Shown here in pieces: positions 53,094-64,000 of a DNA stretch of 64,000 bases. Made by a program: the position numbers and the translations under genes. The DNA comes from Yuukianura sp. NJ FZ-2021 (taxonomy: Eukaryota), in NCBI GenBank assembly GCA_046563655.1, contig CM102288.1, positions 4,650,001 to 4,714,000 of the forward strand, in the 5' to 3' direction. The first letter of the stretch is position 1. The number at the start of each line of letters is the position of its first letter. The notes beneath the pieces are model-generated. The model made no database searches, had not been told where the DNA came from, and saw only the letters and a list, made by a program, of their open reading frames with translations.

Positions 53094-54169
53094 TAATTTT
53101 AAACTAAAAATAGGAATGAAAATTTGGAAACTTTCTTTCATTTTTGCTTCTAATATTTATGAAAATGAAGTTAAATAACTTCTCAATTGGGATCTGGCTC
53201 GAGGCTGCAAAATGTTGCAATCTCTGAACAGATTAATGTTTGATTCTCTTTTAAAAAAAGAAGCTTTTGTTTGGTACAAGGTTGTTGAAAGGGAAACTTT
53301 CTTATTTTTTGGTTATGCAAACTCTGAAGGCACAAAAGTCTAAAATTGGAATAAATTTTAAATGTGCTTCACAATTTAAAATGAGAGCGTGGGAACAACT
53401 CGTGGTTGAAATTCCTTTTCTTCACAAAATCCGTAGTGGCCACTGTCTGTAATAATAGTAAATGGTTCCATTTTGCAAAAACGGCGCCAGGATTGGCACA
53501 TTTTGAAAAAAAATAGCAGTAGCGTCCCCCGCTTGTCATCGGAAGGACGTCACTGAGCATCCGAATTCCGTATTTGAAGAAGTGAGTTCTTATGTATTTT
53601 GTCCTGCTGTGTTTCCTTTGCCAAATGAAATGAATGGAGGCACTTTGTGGATTACTTTCCATAAAGACGCCTATTGACCATGGCCCCATAGCTCCAGACA
53701 ATGACAAATGAAGTTCCGCTAGGCCAATACCACTTAAGTACTCAGGATCCACCAACGCTATTTCGGGACACTTAAGGGCCCCCTCTTCTTCCATTTGTGG
53801 ACATGTAGGTCAAATCTAACTTCCCAAAATAAGTGAGGCTAACCGGAAGAACTGGACCTTATAAATAAGGGTACAGGGGCCCTTCGACAAGGATTTCCCA
53901 AATAGTGACAAGTGACGGAACAACTTCTGAAAAGCTCAAAATTCGACGGAACTTGACTTAACAATTTCACTGTAAGTGCTTGGTAATTTTTTCTCCAATG
54001 TGCAATTTTTGCAAAAGTTTTCGCATGTTTTTAAATTCATAGGTTTTTGACAACAGCCTTTTTCCTTGGTTTCCAAAATTTCAAACTGTGTGTCTCCTAA
54101 AACCCCTAATTTGGAATTTCGAAATTTTAGTTTTCTAGATTCTTGAAAATTGCGATTTTTTTTTTGCAG

Positions 54170-55467
54170 ATGAAGGGACAGTTTTTGTTGCTGGTTTTGT
54201 GTCAAGGGCTCCTGACAGAGAGTACTTTGACCACTGCAGGAATCGATGGCTTTGGATCCTACCCATTATGGAGGTTCAACAAGTACAGCGGCCTTGTCCT
54301 TCGTCCTGTTCCGCTTTCCCTAGACATTGGAATGGTAAATTTTTGCAACATTGCAAAAAAATGTGACAAAAATTGCAAAAACTTTTTTGTGCAAATCCTT
54401 TATTTTGTGTTGTTTTGCAGGGAATTCCACCGCCTCCAGGAGGTCCATACCCTGCACCAACTATCAAGTACACTCCGCAACCACAACAAAACTACGCAAA
54501 ACCACAAACGCCGCAGCAATATCCGACGCAATCCTACGCCCAACAACCTGCATATCAGGCGCAGTCGTACAACCAATACCAACCGTCTGTAAATACTTCA
54601 TATGCCAACTACCCTGCCACTTCCTACGGCGTTCCGGAAACTAACGCACAACAACCTACGCAAGACTACGCTCCACCCACCTACACTGCGCAGTCAACTT
54701 ATGCCGCTCCATCAAATTACGCACATGACACACCTTCAACGTACCCAAATACTCCGGCGTACCCTCAAGCATCAGACGGCTACTCCGCTCAACAACCTTA
54801 TGTACCCACTGTCAATATTCAATTCTCATCGGATTCTCCAGGCTACGGAGCTCCCTACGCTCAACAACAAAGTGCCCCACCAACCTACGCTACAACCACA
54901 TACGACCAAAGTGCCCCACCATCTTATCAACAACCACCAACTTACACTAGTGCCCCACCATCTTATCAACAACCACCAGCTTACACTAGTGCCCCACCAT
55001 CTTCTTATCAGCAACCACCAGCTTACACGAGTGCCCCACCATCCTATGACCAGACTCAACAGTCTGCCCCACCATCCTACAATGTTCCAAGTTACGAACA
55101 ACAGTCTGCCCCACCATCCTACAATGTTCCAAGTTACGAACAACAGTCGGCCCCACCATCCTACCCCACCTATAACTCTTCTCCTCCACAGGCCAATCCA
55201 GCATCGGCAGTATCCTACACCATTTCCAATGGACAACCAACGTATGACCAGAGTTATGGACAGTACCAACAACCTCACACGCAAAGTAACTACAATGGTG
55301 GCTCTTATGGTGGCTACGATGCCCCACCATCCAACTCCTATGCAGATCAACCCACTTCGTACATGAGCAAACGAGCCTCAGCTCCTGCAGATGAAGTGTC
55401 AAATGGCCTTGGCACTTCTGACCCCAATTCTAAAGATTCAAATGCCAACAAGCAACACAAAGCTTAA
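54170..55467 (+). CDS. Secreted Pro/Tyr/Gln/Ser-rich low-complexity protein, probably cuticular or structural
   Basis: Exons 54170-54334 and 54421-55467 (phase 0); hydrophobic signal MKGQFLLLVLCQGLL; SAPPSY repeats; upstream TATAAATA at 53860 and a non-coding exon ending at 53971. Confidence 0.8.
54871..55170 (+). repeat. Coding tandem repeats SAPPSY(QQPPAYT / NVPSYEQQ)
   Basis: About eight recurrences of agtgccccacca/tctgccccacca in 39-42 bp units. Confidence 0.9.
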
Positions 55468-57085
55468 CTATTTTATATTCTATTTTATTAATTTACACAT
55501 TCTACTTGAAATAAAATTAATTTATACAAGTATGCAGAATGCTTTTTAAAAAACTTTCCTGAGTTTGCGGGGGAGATTTTGGAGTTAAAACTTTCACTCG
55601 CGTGGGCGTAAGCAAACTTTTTTTTTCTTTTCATGCAGAAAACGCGTAAATTGGTACAAAAAGTGTAAATTTGATGCAACGAGTTGAAAATTGATGCAAA
55701 AAGCTCAAAATTGAAGCAAAACTTGAAATTTGGGCAGAAATAGCAGAAATTGAAGGAAAAAATACAAAATTGATTCAGAAAATTGTAATTGATGCAGAAA
55801 AAAGGATTGTTGTTTTGGTGCGTAAGTGGGACTTGGCACTCTTTTGAAAAGTGAAACTTGGTTTCAATCACGTTAAAATTTGCAATCAGAGTTTGAACAA
55901 AGTCAAGCAATGAGTATTGCTGAGTTGGTAAGAATTTAAATGAGTTTCAATTGTTCTTTTTCCTTCTTCCTCTCGAACTGGTTTTGGATTTTAAGTTCTG
56001 ATTCAGAACTTAAATCTGGGCTAAAACAAAAGTTGTTTCTTACTTTCACATTGTTTTTCCTTTTGTTTGGCCCCGATTCTTCAACTCAAGCTAATTTTTA
56101 AAACTTCAAAACATGTTTAAAATTAAAGTTAGTCTACTTGAAGCCTTGAAGTGAAGTGATTTATGAGAGTAAGAGCGGAGGCGTTTGAAGTGCCTCTTCT
56201 TGCGGTGATTGTGGTTGATTTTTGCATAATTGGGAGATGAATGGGAAGCGGAAGAGAGGACCAAAGACCACTTAAGTCCTCTACATTCCCAAAAAAAATA
56301 ACTTTCTAAAATCATTAACATTTTTGCAAGTTGAATAAGATGGGCGGTTAGCCAAAAATCGATTGCGTTGAGCGTCCCAAATTCGGCTTTTGGCTAAATT
56401 ACTAACCGCAATCTTCTTCCGAAACCAATCGATTCAAAATTCTGTAACTCATGTGCTCAAATTCTCAATTGTTTACTACTATGCGTAAACGTTGATGTTT
56501 TTGTTGTTGATCTTATTATTGTCTTATCACCTCAGATTCCGAACTGTATTTAAAAAAATATTATGCAACCCAGTATTTGTAACTTTCCAAAGGTGGCAAC
56601 CAAGAAAAGCAAGAATAAAATTGGATTATTTCTTTTATTTACCATATTATTTTTGGCATTTTACTTTTTATACAAAAATATAGAAAATTTCAACTTTTAC
56701 CAACACAAAAATTGTAGACACGCCCCCATTCACTCTTTGAAAAAAATGACACAAGTTTTGACAGAGTTAGAAGATTCACTTGTCCTCCTTAATTAAAATT
56801 TTAACATTCTAAAGTTAAAATTATGGTTTTCATTATGACTTTTCTTTTAAATTCTACAAAGTATGAAGAAGAGGGCGCTGTTGAGAGTCTTCCTGACCTT
56901 TGACCTTCATCTTCCACCTCCATTTAAATAAATTATACAACTCGGAAAAATTAACGCACTTTCACCAAAGTGAATTTCCAAATCTTGGAAAAAACTTTTT
57001 CCAAAATTGGAATGTTTTGCAACAGTTGCAAAATTGCGCTAAATTGTGAGATGAGCTCATCATGGTCGTGGAGGCAGAAGTGGGT

Positions 57086-58067
57086 TTAGTAGGCTGCTGG
57101 TGCGCCGTAGTCGTTTGCAGGAGGACCATGATCTGGAGCTGGTGGGCCGTATTCATTGGCTGGTGGGGCCGGAGCTCCATAGCCACCTTCGTTATGTGGC
57201 GTCTTGTAGCGAATAAAGTAGACTTCAGGTTTGGATGGTTTGGTTGGTGGTGGAATTGGGATGGAGATGGGTGGTGGTGGCTCTGGTTTCTTCACGAGGA
57301 CGTACACGAGTGTTTTCGTTTCTGGTGCTGGTGGGATCTCTGGAATGTCGGGCACTTCTGGTGGTGGTGGCGTCGGTGCTTTGATGAAGATAATCTTGTA
57401 GTGTTTCTGTGGTGGTGGACTAAAAATTTCATTTCAAAAATTTTATTTTTCATTTTTTAACTTTAAAAAAATGAAACTAAAAAAAATGCAAATTTTAAAC
57501 TTACGGTGGTACGTATGGTTTCTTTGGCTTGGCATAGCTTGGTTCTGGAGGTGGGACATGCACGTAAACCTGAAACCAAACAGTAAGAAATTAGTCACTT
57601 GTTGGTGGCTCGCGGTGGGGCAAGACCTTACATGTTTATGAACCACTGGAGCCGCTGGAGCACCATATCCACCGCTTGAGGGTGGTGGGCCATAGGATTG
57701 GCTTGGTGGTGGACCGTATGATTGGCTTGGTGGTGGGCCATACGATTGGCTTGGTGGTGGACCATAAGATTGACTTGGTGGGGCTGGTGGGCCATAAGAT
57801 TGGCTTGGTGGGGCTGGTGGACCGTAGGATTGACTTGGGGGTGGACCGTAGTTGCTTGGGGGTGGACTGTTGTAGCCTCCTGGACCATTACTGTACTGCG
57901 GAGCAGTCCAACTACCCGGAACTAACATCCCGAGGGATGCCAGTACCTTTTCAAAATTTCAAAAAATTAAACTTACGAATTTGAAAAAAAAATTCGGAAA
58001 ATATTTCCGAAATATTTGCAATCATTTTCACTCTCACTCTCAAAAAACTTACCAGAAGAGCTTTCAT
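57086..58067 (-). CDS. Tweedle-family (DUF243) cuticle protein
   Basis: Exons 58067-58053, 57946-57632, 57569-57505, 57419-57086. Signal peptide, PPSQSYGPP repeats, and the four Tweedle blocks [48 protein letters not shown] at 58251-58246. Confidence 0.93.
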
Positions 58068-59227
58068 GTTTTCCTTAACTTTGTCCCAAGCTGAAGCAAG
58101 GTGTCAACTGTTCCAAAAACACTTTTGCAAAATTGCAAAATTTTTGAAAATTTTTCGCACTGGCCAATTTTAATTTTCCTGCTACTGACTGTCGAGTTGA
58201 GCGTCTCACTGTTGACTTGTTCTTGAGTCACGCAGTTGCTCAGACTTTATAAAGCCTGACACTGTGACCAACTTTAAAGGAAGAAGCACAGGGTACGAAT
58301 CCGCCCCCTGAATTAGGGGGCGGGTGGGACCAACGTCGTGGTGGGGCTGGGTTCTGGTGGGACCTTGTTTTCACTCTCGTCCTCTCTCTGCAATAATAAT
58401 GAATTCCTTTTCAGAAGCAGCATCTCGTCTTCCCCCTTCTTGTGTTGCCAATTTTCTTAAAATTGCAATTCCAATTACCTATTGAAATTGGAGCAGCAAT
58501 TGACTAGAACATCATTATTTACCCAATCCCTAACTATGATTTGCGATTTCAAATTGCCAAAAAAAAAAACTTTAATGAAAAAAAAGTTTTCAATCTTTGC
58601 GAAATCTGGTTATCAACGCTCGCCGGAGCCAAAGAGGATTTTTGCACAGTCATCCCTCCGCCCCCTTAAAGTGTTTCGTAATTCCTCAAATTACTCCACA
58701 ACTTTAATTGTAACATCCGCAAATTGCTTGCTCTATTTTTCAAATGTTTGTAATTTTTACAAATGAAATACACTTAATTTTACACTTGAGTATTAATTTT
58801 CAATTGACAAAGAAGCAGCAACAGGGTTCGATTGCAAAATTTCCAATCCTTGACGAACTTAAACAACTCGATTGTTCAAAAAAAATTGAAACTGCAACTG
58901 CAGTTGACAGATTGTGACGATTGTAATTTGTCGTTTTTTTTTTCATTTTGCATTTTTGTCACAGTGCGCAGTGGGAAATTTCCTTTTGACTTTTTTCTCA
59001 CGAATCCTGGTATAAAAATAGTTTTAAAATTGGTTCTGATTGTTTCTGTGATTTGAACCAAGTCAAAATAATTTGTAAGAACCCTGCAATTTCAGCAGGA
59101 AACAATTCACACGGTGCAATTTTACAAGAAAAAAAAACTTTTTCTCAAAAAACATTTTCGTTTGCTTTTGTTTCATTTTTTACAATCGGGTGAGATAAAT
59201 TACAGTATTTAGGTGTTACGAATTAAA

Positions 59228-59535
59228 ACTTTGGTTGAAGTAGACTTTATGGGGGGCGAATGTACCCATACCGAAATTAAAAACGGGAAATTCTAAAATG
59301 TTAATTTTTTTTTGCACCCATACTGAAATTTCAGAAGGGAAATTCAAAAATCAAAATTTTGAATTCTACGCTCTGAGTTGTCCCAGGTCAAATGCTCAGA
59401 TCTAACCAAACCACACAATGTACAATGTCAGTTTCAAATTTTTTGAATTTGGCGTTTGTGGGTGGGTACAATAGAGAATGTTATGCTAAGTCGGGGCACA
59501 ATCACCCGTCATAAAGTTTACTTCAACCAAAAGTT
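59228..59535. mobile_element. MITE with ~40-bp terminal inverted repeats
   Basis: Left actttggttgaagtagactttatggggggcgaatgtaccc versus reverse complement of right cttttggttgaagtaaactttatgacgggtgattgtgccc. Confidence 0.8.
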
Positions 59536-61141
59536 GCAACTGGTCTTTATGAAGTGTCAAAGTGTGTCTTTGGACGACGTGAAATGAAAAGTTTCTCTAT
59601 AGTTGCCTTCAATTTATTTAGTTAAACAGTGATTAAAGTGTGTTTTGAATAGGGTTAAAGGTGGTTAATTATTGGCTGATTAACTCTGCCATAAGGAAGT
59701 CAAAGTCTCAATTAAACTTCCAAAGGGAAAAGTGGTTTAACTTCTCACACAAGTCTCAGAAGCCGGTTTTAAAAAGTAGCAAAGTAGGCACTACTTAGTA
59801 ATCAGATGGAAACAACAATAATCATTTTCAATTTAAAAAAAATGAAAGTGTTTAAATCAAAAATTAAATACTTTCATTTTTTTTGTATTTAAATTATAAT
59901 TCATAATTCATATTTCAGAATCCTCATTCCTCAATAAATCATTTGGAATTTAAAATTTTTCAGGAATTATTTTGAAAATGTGTCAGACTAAATTTTTTTC
60001 TCTGTTTTTTCACTTCCGTGTGAAGTGTCTTTCCTTGTTTTTTGTTAAAAACTCAAAAAGATTTAGTACTTCTGCGTATTACGTAATCATGCTAAGTGTC
60101 TCTCTGGGGGTTGGAATATTTTGGGAGTAAAAAGATGTATTTCATAGTCTATGTAGTATGCACTAACATGGACATAAAATAAAAGAACAAATTATTCTTT
60201 GCCAAAAAGTGAGATTACTTTGACGTCAAGAGACTCAACATCTCCATCACTGTCAGATCATATTTAGATCAAACTGCCAGGACCATCCCATAAACAGTTG
60301 TTTAGTTAGAAGGAATTGGGCCATCAGTCAGGAAATGCACACGCTAAAATGTTTTATTAAGTGATCGAAATTGCAAAATTATTCGGCAAAACTGGTACAT
60401 TTTTTATGCAATTCATGCAGAAAAGTAATTTTTCGTAAACGTCAAAACCGCCTCAAGGCAGGTCATGTGACTGTGGGAAGTTAAGATTTTTACAATGAAG
60501 CTTGTAATTAAAACCTAATTATTTTTTGGGTGAATTTCATTGTAATTTCCTTACGATTGGAGCACGCAACCACCAAAACTTAAAAACAGAATTTGAATTT
60601 GACGTCGCCAAAAAGTTTTTAGCGTAGACGATACGATGATCAATGGAGAAAACTTAAGATGACTCGAAGTTCAGGGTAAAATTAATTGCTGTGAGATTTC
60701 GGAGAAAGCGAAAGTAGAAACCAAAAAACTCATCCGCTGACCCCGTACACCTCTTTTCATTCTGTGACCTTGACCTCAAATATATACATTTACTTTGCAT
60801 CTAAACCACATTTGAGCTCTGCGAGTCAGTGCTCTCGTTCTTTGACCAAAAGTCGTTTTGTGGTGGAAAGCATAAAAACCTGTTTTAGTTGAAAAAAATA
60901 CATTTGATGACGTTTGAAACCTTTCCACCATCTCCATTGTTCGCTTCGTGCTTAACAAACCATGCAAACGGCACATTTACCGTGTAAACCCACTCTTAAA
61001 CCATGTAAGAGACTTTAGCATTTGACTAACATCGACACAGCTGTTTTACGAATATTTTTAAACTTCAAAACACGTTTCTCAATTTATTCAAAACTTTCAA
61101 AAAAATTTAAAACAGAAAACTAGTTTTAACTTTCACTCAAA

Positions 61142-62262
61142 ATGGAAAAGTGTGAATTGGATTCCGCGGAAAGTGAAAGTTCCAGAAAACTCTGCTGTTT
61201 TCGAAAAGAGAAAAAGCAGAGATTTCCAACAACGTCAAACTTTTACTGTAACTTGGAACGTGCTGTCTGCTATACAATTCTTGCTTCGATTATCATAGGA
61301 TACGTTCTGTTCATGATCAACGAGTAAAAATTAAACTAACATAACCAATTAACATAAGTGACATAACTAATTAACAAAACTTGACATATTTTTTTGATTT
61401 TTACAGCGCGCCTTATGTCACAGAAAAATTTACTCTGGGTGTTCCAGTAGTACTTTCTCTTTTATTTTTGACTACCGTAACGAATCAACTTTTGGCTTCA
61501 TTTAAAAACCCGGGAATCATTGAATCCCAAGACTCCGAAAATCGGAATGAAGAAATCAATCCGACTCCGATCAACGAAAAAGAGGGACTCGTCCATGTCA
61601 AACTGAATGGAGAGATTCAAAATTTAAAATTTTGTAGAACTTGTAAAATCATTCGTCCTCCGAGGTCTTCTCACTGCAAGCGTTGTAACGTCTGCGTCCG
61701 TAAGCCCTCGCAGCCTAAATATTTCGAAAAATTTATGAAATTTCGAAATTTTTCTGAAATTTTTCCAGATCGGTCTGACCACCATTGTCCTTACCTGGGA
61801 AATTGCATTGGGCTGAAAAATTACAAAAACTTTTACTACTTCCTCGTGTCTGTCGTTCTTCTTACCGCGAATGGTTTCACTTTCGCCTTTTTGCATCTCT
61901 TGGACGGTAGGATACCCACTTCTATTGCATCTTAATTACATTAGTAATTATTACGGAGGTGTTAATTAGTAATTAATTGTATTGTTTTAGTGCAAGAGAA
62001 AGTGGGCGGTTCTTGGTGGGAGGCTGTGGAGTCATGTCCGATCAGTTTCATCGTCATGGCTGCGAGTGTCGCTGGTGGGAGCTTTCCATTATGTCTTGTA
62101 GTTTTCCACACTTATGTCGTCTGTGCAGGCGTCACTTCTAGAGAAGTCATTAGGAAATATGACGCAGAGGCTCTGCGCAGTCGCAATCCAATCAAAAACT
62201 GTTTCGTCATTCTGTGTAAAACGAAAAGGCCGAATATGCAGGATATTGAACTTGTCACTTAA
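61142..62262 (+). CDS. DHHC palmitoyltransferase (Erf2/ZDHHC9-14-like, divergent)
   Basis: [62 protein letters not shown]; exons about 61142-61323, 61407-61699, 61770-61907, 61991-62262. Confidence 0.9.
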
Positions 62263-63136
62263 CGTAGAGTAAAAATCCTAATGTGAAAATAAAGTTAAAA
62301 ATAAAAAAAAACAGCTACTACTACTGCAAAAACAAATACCGGAAATGTTGTCATTTCGTAGAACATGTTGTCATATGGCGACGGACAAATGCACCTCCAG
62401 ACAGACAGACCAATGTGCATGTATTTATAAAGTAGCTTTCGGTACGAAATAGTCATCAGGGTAAGTGCGAATAAATCGTTCATAAAACTCGTATTTATTA
62501 TAACACTTAGAATTGACTCAATTTATAGACTATTTCTGCTTGGTTCTAAATAATTCACAATTTATTATTATTATTATTATTTAGAAATTTATTAGGAAAA
62601 TTTTTCAATATTTGCGAAATTCTAACATTGGTGACATAGACGTTGCAGAAAGAAAGTAATTCGAATCGAATTGAGTAATTTAATTAAGTTAAATTAAACT
62701 GTAATTTTAGAATTTTGCCAGATGTAAAAGTTGGTGTGTATTTAAAAAAAAACTAGTATAAGAAATAATTAATTAATTTGAAGTGATAATTGATGGTTAA
62801 TTGGTTGGTTAATAATACATAATTGTAAATGTTGTACAATAAATCGGTTGAGGTAAGGGCTAGAGTAAGTGAGTGTAACCCTCAATTAACATCGTAAAAT
62901 TAGCGGCGTCTGGCCTAGCGAAACTCGATGGGGACAAATTCGGAACTTTTGAAATTCCTGTGTGTGAATTATGTGCGGGATACTACAGAACTGGAAGTAA
63001 TAAAAGCTGGGAGTTCACTCACCACTAAATTGAAGCAAATACTTTGTACAACTATGTAAGTAACCGCACTTTAAATTTAGCTTAAATAAATTAAACAAAA
63101 CGAAATATGTTGAGCGCTTGGTTTTTGTTGGAATGC

Positions 63137-64000
63137 TCAATCTAATAAAAGTAAATCAATAATAGTTTGAAATACAATTTCGCCCCAAATTACAAGCAAA
63201 AATTCTTTGCTTTCGAAATCGAAGCTCCCTCCCACTTGAGTCCTGATTGGCATCATTCCGGTCCAAAATTGGAATTTGTGAGTAGACATTGATTTGTAGT
63301 ACGCTTGTTTCTTCAACTTAATTATGTCTGATGACATCAAACAAGTATTTGTCATCATGCCGAACCATACACTGCAAATTAATGTTACAGAAATAGCACA
63401 TCCTACAAAAGGGGCAATCAACAATTTCGGAACTTTTTCCAAAGTAAGCAACATGTAACAAAACACCAATGCAAATGACTACGCCAGCGATGCTGACCCT
63501 GAAAACGCCTAAATTTTTAGCGTTTAGCTTTCTCACACCACCCAAAGGGAAAGTTCTTCCCTGGAAACACTGGAAATTCCCTAACTTCAGAACGAGTTTT
63601 CATAGGCATTTGGAACAGAATTTAAAAACCTCAAAATAAAACACCTAAGCAGAGCATCCTTAAGATTATAAAAGGACGTTAATGAGAAAAACTCACTCAA
63701 TTATTCCATTCCACTTGTGGGCGATAAGAAATTCAAGTGTCCAGAGAATAGGAGAATCATATTCCATACATTGCGTCTAACTTATTTACAACCTTTTTTG
63801 ATGGAAGCATCTTGCGGAGGTAGGTTTCCAACAACATGTATCCAGAAACTAAGGTTATTCATTGGCTAGAAAGTCGCAATGGTCGTCAATACTAATGTGC
63901 TAATAACTGGAAACTCGCGAAAATTCGAAGGAAGTATCTCATAAAGAGTACGAGATAGAAACGGGGTTTCATTAAAATAAACCGTTGTAAACGCCTTACC
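63137..64000 (-). pseudogene. Degraded multi-pass membrane protein gene resembling the arthropod GR/OR chemoreceptor superfamily (C-terminal part)
   Basis: Hydrophobic C-terminal ORF ending PIRTQVGGSF..FLLVIWGEIVFQTIIDLLLLD. The upstream hydrophobic segment (TLYEILPSNFREFPVISTLVLTTIATF*PMNN) has an in-frame TAG, and another TAG precedes 63469. Family assignment is by resemblance only. Confidence 0.4.

Noticed and set aside
53369..53794. 141-aa minus-strand ORF
   Set aside because: No recognisable domain or splice support; it lies in the promoter region of the 54170 gene.
54602..55402. Overlapping His-rich and Trp-rich ORFs (254, 174, 138 aa)
   Set aside because: Alternative-frame and antisense shadows of the SAPPSY repeat exon.
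54871..57870. Regularly spaced repeats as a CRISPR-like array
   Set aside because: They are in-frame coding repeats without unique spacers, in a eukaryotic context with no cas genes.
57062..57984. Trp/Val-rich plus-strand ORFs
   Set aside because: Antisense shadows of the Pro-rich Tweedle gene.

Overview
Gene-dense, AT-rich eukaryotic (arthropod) DNA with short GT-AG introns. A basal hexapod such as a springtail is plausible, but the species is not determined. In order: the 3' part of a Psc/BMI1-family Polycomb gene (+); a complete, convergent second Psc/Su(z)2-like gene (-); Cdc37; NDUFB8; TMEM177; Vps41; a CATIP-like gene; BARD1 with an AANAT-like GNAT gene nested antisense in an intron; a tandem array of six more AANAT-like GNAT genes plus a fragment; the proctolin precursor; a secreted Pro/Tyr/Gln-rich repeat protein; a Tweedle/DUF243 cuticle protein; a DHHC palmitoyltransferase; and a degraded chemoreceptor-like sequence. 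Several MITE-like inverted-repeat elements are present. The most notable observation is in the GNAT array. A foldback element with an apparent 8-bp target-site duplication inserted just upstream of the start codon. In two paralogs the ancestral ATG was lost by different mutations, and an element-derived in-frame ATG now gives a basic N-terminal extension resembling a mitochondrial presequence. All gene models were built by eye from splice signals and frame continuity; no searches were run.
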